Positions 8,505-13,982 of a stretch of DNA of 13,982 bases are shown here, in pieces; positions within the stretch are counted from its first letter, which is position 1; the number at the start of each line of letters is the position of its first letter. Source of the DNA: Candidatus Methylomirabilota bacterium. GTDB lineage: Bacteria; Methylomirabilota; Methylomirabilia; Rokubacteriales; CSP1-6. A program made the translations under genes and the position numbers. The notes beneath the pieces are model-generated. The model was not told where the DNA came from, searched no databases, and was given only the letters and a program-made list of their open reading frames with translations. Where the stretch lies: positions 1-13,982 of the forward strand of contig JBKPAK010000195.1 in assembly GCA_046726415.1 (NCBI GenBank), given 5' to 3'.

Positions 8505-9065
8505 ATGCCGCTCCACCGGCTGAGCCGCCGCGCGATGGCGGCTCGGCTCGCCGACCTGCCCTTCCCGGCGGAGGATCCGGCGACGGCCGCGCTCATCGCC
8601 CGTCTCGCTGGGGTGCGGCAGCGCGGCGTCTTCAACCGGGCAGAGCTACTGCTGATGGCCACCTGGAAGAGCGCCCGAGCGCGGCCACACTACCTGCGCA
8701 ACTCGCCGGCCCTGGTGCGAGCGGTCTCCCGCGCGGCGCTGTCGGCACGGAGCGAGCACGAGCGGATGGCGGAACTCACGCGCCTGACCGGCGTGTCCAT
8801 CCCCGTGGCCTCGGCGATCCTCACTCTGATCGATCCACGCCGCTACGGCGTGCTCGACATCCGTGTGTGGCAGTTCTTGTACGCGCTCGACCCGACGATC
8901 GGGAATCCCCGCGGGTCCGGCTTCACCGTGGCGCACTGGGAGCGTTACCTCGCGAGACTCCGCGCCGAGGCGCAGCGCCGTGGCGTCACTGCGCGCGCCA
9001 TGGAGTGGGCGCTCTTTCACGCCCACCGGGCGCTCCAGCGGGGTCGGCTCTACGACCGACCGTGA
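8505..9065 (+). CDS. Hypothetical protein of the HhH-GPD DNA glycosylase superfamily (about 186 aa)
   Basis: ELLLMATWKSARAR...LTRLTGVSIPVASAILTLIDPRRYGVLDIRVW contains an HhH hairpin and the downstream conserved Asp. High GC3 from ATG 8505. The upstream part of ORF 8052 is antisense MDR sequence. Confidence 0.7.
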   Translation: MPLHRLSRRAMAARLADLPFPAEDPATAALIARLAGVRQRGVFNRAELLLMATWKSARARPHYLRNSPALVRAVSRAALSARSEHERMAELTRLTGVSIPVASAILTLIDPRRYGVLDIRVWQFLYALDPTIGNPRGSGFTVAHWERYLARLRAEAQRRGVTARAMEWALFHAHRALQRGRLYDRP

Positions 9066-9276
9066 GCCGACCCGCGATGGTCTCCTCTCTAGTCGAGGTC
9101 GCGGCCGATCGCAACCCCGCCGCCTTCCTCCGGGACCTTGACTCGCGCTGCGCGCCGCCGCCATCATTCCAAGCATCCCCGGGCTTCCCGCGGGTCGTCC
9201 CTGCGCAGAGCTGCGGGGGGCCAATTCTCGGTGGACCGCTTGACGGAAATCCGATGAGCGAGAGGGGCGCACAAGC

Positions 9277-10422
9277 ATGCACTGCGGCGTGATGGTGACC
9301 GGCTACAACCAGGGCGACTGGGAGCGTCTGCTGGCGGAGGACTACAGTCGCCCGCCCGCGGTGTCGGACGCCGCGAACATGGACGACACCCTCTACATGG
9401 GCGAGCTCGTCGAGCCCCTCGGGTTCGACTCCATCTGGGCAACCGAGCACTACGGCTCGGCGTATTCCATGCAGCCGAATCCGCTCCAGTACCTCGCGTA
9501 CTGGGCCGGACGCACCAGCCGGGTCGATATGGGGACGGCGGTCATCGTGGCCCCGTGGTGGAATCCCGTGCGGCTGGCCAGCGAGATCTCCATGCTGGAC
9601 ATCCTGCTCAAGGGCCGCCGCCTCCACCTGGGAATCGGGCGTGGCATCTCGCCCCACGAGTACGCTTCGCTCGGGTACCCGATCGGGGAATCGCACGCGT
9701 ACTTCTACGACGTGGTCAGAGCCCTCAAGGCGGCTGACGGGGCGGAGCGCTTCACGTTCGACGGCGAGGTCTACAAGATTCCGCCGACCACCATCCGCCC
9801 GCAGGCGCGCCACAAGGGCGATCTCACCACGCGGATCAAGGCGGCGTTCACCACCCAGGCCTCCGCGCGGCTGGCCGCCGAGAACGGGCTCGGGCAGATG
9901 TTCGTCGCCGGCGCGAGCCTCGACGAGATGACGGCCCAGGTGCGGCAATTCAACACGATCCGGGCGGAGATGGGTCTGCCGCCGGATCAGCCCACCACCC
10001 TCCTGTGGATGTACTGCGCGGAGACCGCCTCGGAGGCCGAGGAGGGGTGGGAGTACTTCCGCAACCAGCTCCTCGCCGCCCAGCACCACTACTTCGAGTG
10101 GAACAACCCGGGCTTCGCGGGCATTCCCGGCTACGAGGAGTACCTCAAGCGCCAGACCGCCGACGTCGGCGTGGCCGACGCGAGCCTCGCCGCGCGCCGC
10201 GCCACCCAGCCCATCGGCACCCCCGACGAGATCATCGAGAAGATCACGACGCTGCAGCGGGCGATCAGTCTCGAGATGGTGGTCATCCACATGTTCTACG
10301 GGGGAATGTCCCGCGCCAAGGCGGAGAAGAGTCTCCGGTTGTTCGCGGAGAAAGTTCTGCCGGCCGTACAGGCCATGCCGACGCCGATCAACCCCGCCTC
10401 GCTGGGCCAGCCCAGGAGTTGA
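9277..10422 (+). CDS. LLM class flavin-dependent oxidoreductase (LuxA/alkanal monooxygenase-like), 381 aa
   Basis: LGFDSIWATEHY, PNPLQYLAYWAGRTSRVDMGTAVIVAPWWNPVRLASEISMLD, LGIGRG, IGTPDEIIEKI, SLRLFAEKVLP. RBS GAGAGGGG. Confidence 0.95.
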   Translation: MHCGVMVTGYNQGDWERLLAEDYSRPPAVSDAANMDDTLYMGELVEPLGFDSIWATEHYGSAYSMQPNPLQYLAYWAGRTSRVDMGTAVIVAPWWNPVRLASEISMLDILLKGRRLHLGIGRGISPHEYASLGYPIGESHAYFYDVVRALKAADGAERFTFDGEVYKIPPTTIRPQARHKGDLTTRIKAAFTTQASARLAAENGLGQMFVAGASLDEMTAQVRQFNTIRAEMGLPPDQPTTLLWMYCAETASEAEEGWEYFRNQLLAAQHHYFEWNNPGFAGIPGYEEYLKRQTADVGVADASLAARRATQPIGTPDEIIEKITTLQRAISLEMVVIHMFYGGMSRAKAEKSLRLFAEKVLPAVQAMPTPINPASLGQPRS

Positions 10423-10536
10423 CTGGCGCCCAAGCCTACGAACAGGCCACGGCGCGGCGCGCCCGACAGCCACGGGCCCTGCCGGCTCGTGTGAGCGCGG
10501 GGGCAGGCGGCTCCCTGGCGATGAAGCTTCAGCCGG

Positions 10537-11766
10537 TCAGTCGCAGTGCCCGCCCTCGTCCGGGCGCCACGTGTTGGAAAACGTGCTCAACGATTCGAGG
10601 AAGACGACCAGGTCCGTCTGCTCGCGCGGCGTGAGGTTCAGGGGCGTGGCCGGTCGCCCGTCTTTCGCGTGCATCCGGGCGGGGTCGAGACCGGCGTAAT
10701 GCTGGACGACCTGGGCGATGGCATCGACGTTGCCGTCGCGACCGTAGGGCGCGGTCAGGAGCAGGTTGCGCAGCGACGGCACCTTGAACTCGCCGAAATC
10801 TTCATTCTGAAGGGATACCTGGCTGGTGCGCGCGGCACTGGCGCCTGTCGGGTCATCGCTGTAGGGGCCCAGCAGGTTGAAGCGGCTTTCCAGCAGTTGT
10901 TGGATTCCCGCGTGGCGCCCGGGATCGGGCTTGCCGCGCGGCGCAAATCGCGAAAGGCCGGTGTTGAAGAACCCGCCATTGGTAAAATTAGGACCGGAGT
11001 GGCACGACGTGCAGCCGCCCTTCCCGATGAAGATCTTGAGCCCACGCTGCGCCGGCTCGGAATAACTGACGGAAGACGGCGCTTCCCCCCGCGCCAGGGC
11101 GTTACGGAACTGGTCGAACGGCGTGGCCCCACTCACCAGTGTTTCCTGGAAAGCGGCGAGGGCCTTTCCGACATCCACGAACACCGCCTCATCATCGGTG
11201 GGTGACGGCGGGGCTCCGAATGTCCGCCGGTAGCGGCAGGACAGCTGCTCGTCGCGGCGTACCAGCTCAGCCACGTGGGCGGGCGTCGCTGCCAGCTCGC
11301 GCCGATCCGCGATCGCGCGCGGGCTCTGGGACCACAGGCTGTCGGCGGCACCGCCCCAGCCGTACCAGCGCTGAGAGACCAGGTTCGCCACGGTTGGCGT
11401 GTTGCGATCCACTTCGGCGATGCCGACGCCGCGCCGGAGGTTATCGGTCCAGTTCCGCTCCGGGACGTGACAGCTCGAGCAGGATATCGTTCCGCTGCCG
11501 GAAAGACGTCGATCGAAGAACAGATGCGTCCCGAACTCGATCGCTGCGCGCTTCCCGGAAGCCCGATTGCTCGGATCCTGCGGTAGGGGAGCCAGCCACG
11601 GCCCGTGGGACAGGATGAGCTTGATCTCGTTGTCGGTGAAGGTGGGCCTGGCCGCGAGATTCTCGCCCGCTTGACCGACCCACGGCAGCGCGACGCAGGC
11701 GGCGCTGACCACGGTGCAAGCGATGCGCGACGTGATACGCTTCGGCCGCCTGGCGTTGGAGGTCAT
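10537..11766 (-). CDS. Secreted di-heme cytochrome c peroxidase / MauG-family protein (about 409 aa)
   Basis: ATG at 11766 followed by a signal-peptide-like N-terminus; LFFDRRLSGSGTISCSSCH, RNTPTVAN, GLKIFIGKGGCTSCHSGPNFTN, FKVPSLRNLLLTAPY. Two CxxCH motifs. Confidence 0.92.
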   Translation of the reverse strand: MTSNARRPKRITSRIACTVVSAACVALPWVGQAGENLAARPTFTDNEIKLILSHGPWLAPLPQDPSNRASGKRAAIEFGTHLFFDRRLSGSGTISCSSCHVPERNWTDNLRRGVGIAEVDRNTPTVANLVSQRWYGWGGAADSLWSQSPRAIADRRELAATPAHVAELVRRDEQLSCRYRRTFGAPPSPTDDEAVFVDVGKALAAFQETLVSGATPFDQFRNALARGEAPSSVSYSEPAQRGLKIFIGKGGCTSCHSGPNFTNGGFFNTGLSRFAPRGKPDPGRHAGIQQLLESRFNLLGPYSDDPTGASAARTSQVSLQNEDFGEFKVPSLRNLLLTAPYGRDGNVDAIAQVVQHYAGLDPARMHAKDGRPATPLNLTPREQTDLVVFLESLSTFSNTWRPDEGGHCD

Positions 11767-11791
11767 GGCCCGTTCCGCGCGGGGGCCGTCT

Positions 11792-12060
11792 TCAGCCCAA
11801 CCCGTAGAACTCGCGGGCGTTGTCGCACGTGATCTTCCGCACCACGTCGGGCGGCAGGTGACCGAACTGCTCCTCGATGTACTTGGAGGACTCCGGCCAC
11901 ACGCCGTCGGGATGCGGGTAGTCGGAGCCCCACATGAGGGTCTCCACGCCAATGTCGTCGATGAGCTTGGTGCCGATGGGGTCGAACTGGAAGGTCGCCT
12001 TGCACTGGCGGCGCCAGTAGTCCGACGGCTTCATGGTGAGACCAAGGTCGCGGAAGCGGC
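11792..12060 (-). pseudogene. C-terminal fragment of an Amidohydro_2 (COG2159-like) protein
   Basis: RFRDLGLTMKPSDYWRRQCKATFQFD...LMWGSDYPHPDGVWPES...KITCDNAREFYGL*. The N-terminal roughly three quarters is missing. Confidence 0.88.
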
Positions 12061-12250
12061 CCACCAATGAGGCCAGCTGGTTACTGGTTGATTCCCGGAC
12101 CATCTAGGAACGGCCAGTAATCACCCGGTGATCGCGCCATCTGGTCCCCTGTACGGCAGGCACCTCGAGACAGAGAGCAGTGGCGAGGCGACATGTGCGC
12201 TGAGAGAGGTCACCGACCTGGCAAACCTGGAGTAATGTCGGCCGGCGCGC

Positions 12251-12640
12251 CAACAGAGTATCGGCGCCTATGCGCCCCAACCGCTCAGCACCCAGCCCGC
12301 GCGGAGCGCAGCCGGTACCCAGATCGCGAGTCATATCGGTGCCGCGTGGAACCTTTGGATGCTCGGCTATCCGAACCTGGCCCTTAACAGTGCGCAGGAG
12401 GCCCTGCGGCAGGCCCATGACCTGGCCCACCCTTTCACCCTGGCCGTGACCCTGTATGCAATAGCGACAGTCTATCTATTCCGCCGAGAGGTCCAGGCTG
12501 TTCGCGAGCCCACGGAGGCCCTCCTGGTGCTCGCACGCGAACAGGGATTCCGTACTGGGTGGCCATAGCCACGGCGTGGCAGGGCTGGGTCCTGGCCATA
12601 CAGGGACAGGCCGAAGCGGGAAGGGAGCAGGTGCACCAGA
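12251..12640 (+). pseudogene. TPR-like C-terminal region fragment of a cyclase/AAA-ATPase/TPR protein
   Basis: QQSIGAYAPQ...AWNLWMLGYPNLALNSAQEALRQAHDLAHPFTLA...RREVQAV...LAREQGF / YWVAIATAWQGWVLAIQGQAEAGREQVHQ. 1-nt frameshift at about 12551. Codon usage is visibly more A/T-rich. Confidence 0.8.
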
Positions 12641-12822
12641 CGTCGCAATCGACCGAGGCAGGACACTTGGAAGCAGTTGCGCCATGAGCACGGCCGACGG
12701 GATCGTGAAGGCGAGGCCCGCGAGCCCGGGATGCTATCCCGGATCCGCTGCGGTCTCGGCGATACCGTCCCGTCCATCGAGCAGGCGATCGAGAACTATC
12801 GCGTACTGCCGGAGGGGCCCCG

Positions 12823-12930
12823 ATGCGACTCAAGCGTACGCACGTCGCAACGCTCGACGAAGTCACGATCACCCCCGCGGACGAGGATGCCGTCATCGCC
12901 TACAAGGACCGGACCGTCCGAACAACTCAC
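12823..12930 (+). pseudogene. N-terminal fragment of a hypothetical protein
   Basis: RBS GGAGGGG then MRLKRTHVATLDEVTITPADEDAVIAYKDRTVRTTH with high GC3. Beyond about 12930 the ORF is antisense MFS sequence. Confidence 0.5.
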
Positions 12931-13713
12931 ATGGGCAGCCGCCGGCCGATGCGGTCGGTCAGCCAGCCGGCCACCGGTCCGCCCACGGCCGCCCCGAACG
13001 GCGCGAGCACGAAAAGCAGCCCGCCGGCGGCGACAGTCCCCGAAGGGAGACGAGGTAGAACGGGGCGAGGAGCCACACCGAGAACTGCGCCCAGCTCGCC
13101 AGCGCCGCCAAGGTCAGTCCCTGCATGACCGGCCAGGCCATCCACTCCCGTCGAGGTGGCAAGCGCCACACGCCGGCGCCCGCGGTACGGGGCAGCAGCC
13201 AGGGCGCCAGGACTCCGGCGCCCAGCGCCAGCGGCACCCGGAAGCCAAAGACCCACGGCCAACCCCAGGCCACGATGGCGCCACCGACGAGCGGCCCGGC
13301 GATCCCGCCCGCCCCCTGGCCATCCGCGAGCATGCCGAGGCCCCGGCCACGCCGCTCGCGAGGCAGCGAGAGCGTGACCAGCGCCGGTGATGTGCCGTAG
13401 ACGAGGCCACCGGCCAGCCCCTGGGCCACCCGCGTGGCGAGCATCAGGGATACTCCGTGACCAGGAAATAGAGCAGGAAGGCGACCACGGACAGCCACAT
13501 GCCCACCGTGTACACGGGCACCGGCCCCAGGCGATCGGCCACTACGCCCGCAGCCACCGACGTGATGGCGTAGGTGAGCACATAGCAGATGATGACCCAG
13601 CGAATCTCGGCCGGTCCGATGGCAAAGGCCTTCGCCATGGCCGGCAGCGCCACGTTGACGGCGGAATCGAGCGAGACCACCAGCATGCCCACCGCAGCGA
13701 GGAGGACCGGTAC
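12927..13713 (-). pseudogene. MFS transporter (DHA-type efflux-like), frameshifted and 3'-truncated
   Basis: VLLAAVGMLVVSLDSAVNVALPAMAKAF...VADRLG / RVAQGLAGG...ERRGRGLG...GPLVGG...GWPWVF / GGPVAGWLTDRIGRRLPM. Frameshifts at about 13446 and about 13030. The last TM helices are absent. Confidence 0.88.
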
Positions 13714-13836
13714 CCGTCGAGTATATGGGCGCGGTTCCCGCCACGGCGCGGAGCCACGTGGCCCCGCCCGTTGCTCCTCACCCCAGGCTCGTGCGAACCT
13801 CGGAGCTAGCTAATGCCGCATCTCGGGGAGGCCTCC

Positions 13837-13908
13837 ATGTCCGCGAACGTGTCCGACTTCACTTTCCTGCAGGGCGTGAAGATCGTCGATTTCACGCAGT
13901 TCGAGGCC
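13837..13908 (+). CDS. Start of a CoA-transferase family III (CaiB/BaiF) protein, cut by adapter
   Basis: RBS GGGGAGG then MSANVSDFTFLQGVKIVDFTQFEA, matching the family N-terminal motif LxGxxVxDxxxxxAGP. Confidence 0.75.
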
Positions 13909-13982
13909 TGTCTCTTATACACATCTGACGCTGCCGACGAATTACCTCCAGTGTAGTTCTCGGTGGTGGGGGGAGCATTTTA
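13908..13982 (+). other. Illumina Nextera adapter read-through (technical artefact)
   Basis: Tn5 mosaic end CTGTCTCTTATACACATCT (13908-13926) + GACGCTGCCGACGA (13927-13940) + 10-nt index ATTACCTCCA + a degraded P5 reverse complement GTGTAG[T]TCTCGGTGGT... Confidence 0.99.

Noticed and set aside
10446..13751. 12-bp direct repeat GCCACGGCGCGG at 10446 and 13740 as att sites or target duplication
   Set aside because: All but one base is G/C, so a chance match is plausible. There is no integrase and the sites do not coincide with clear element boundaries.
13908..13926. Natural Tn5/IS50 transposon end
   Set aside because: It is the synthetic mosaic end followed by Illumina adapter and index.
1..13982. 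CRISPR array, tRNA/rRNA, integron attC cassettes, retron/DGR or known defence operon
   Set aside because: By eye there are no regularly spaced repeats, no RNA-gene signatures, no attC-like sites flanking the genes and no RT, integrase or Cas motifs.

Overview
GC-rich (roughly 70% by eye) bacterial DNA whose gene families (Amidohydro_2 paralogues, LLM monooxygenases, zinc-ribbon adenylate/guanylate cyclase, CoA-transferase III) resemble soil taxa such as Ca. Rokubacteria (inference only). Six apparently intact genes are present: amidase-signature amidase (2014-3573 -), COG3618-type amidohydrolase (4078-4905 +), two LLM flavin monooxygenases (6773-7771 -, 9277-10422 +), a small HhH-GPD-like protein (8505-9065 +) and a MauG-type di-heme enzyme (10537-11766 -). 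There is also a full-length amidohydrolase broken by one frameshift (5369-6488 +) and an edge-truncated dienelactone hydrolase. Between them lie about a dozen short, abruptly joined fragments of unrelated genes (cyclase, LivM, FAD oxidoreductase, CoxL/XdhB, MBL hydrolase, MDR reductase, amidohydrolase, TPR, MFS and others), several frameshifted, and a probable IS21-family terminal remnant (1228-1310). The window ends in untrimmed Illumina Nextera adapter (13908-13982). It is either a real pseudogene 'scrapyard' or a chimeric assembly, so gene-neighbourhood inferences are weak. I found no convincing multi-gene novel system. The best single-gene leads are the HhH-GPD-like protein and the MauG-like enzyme.
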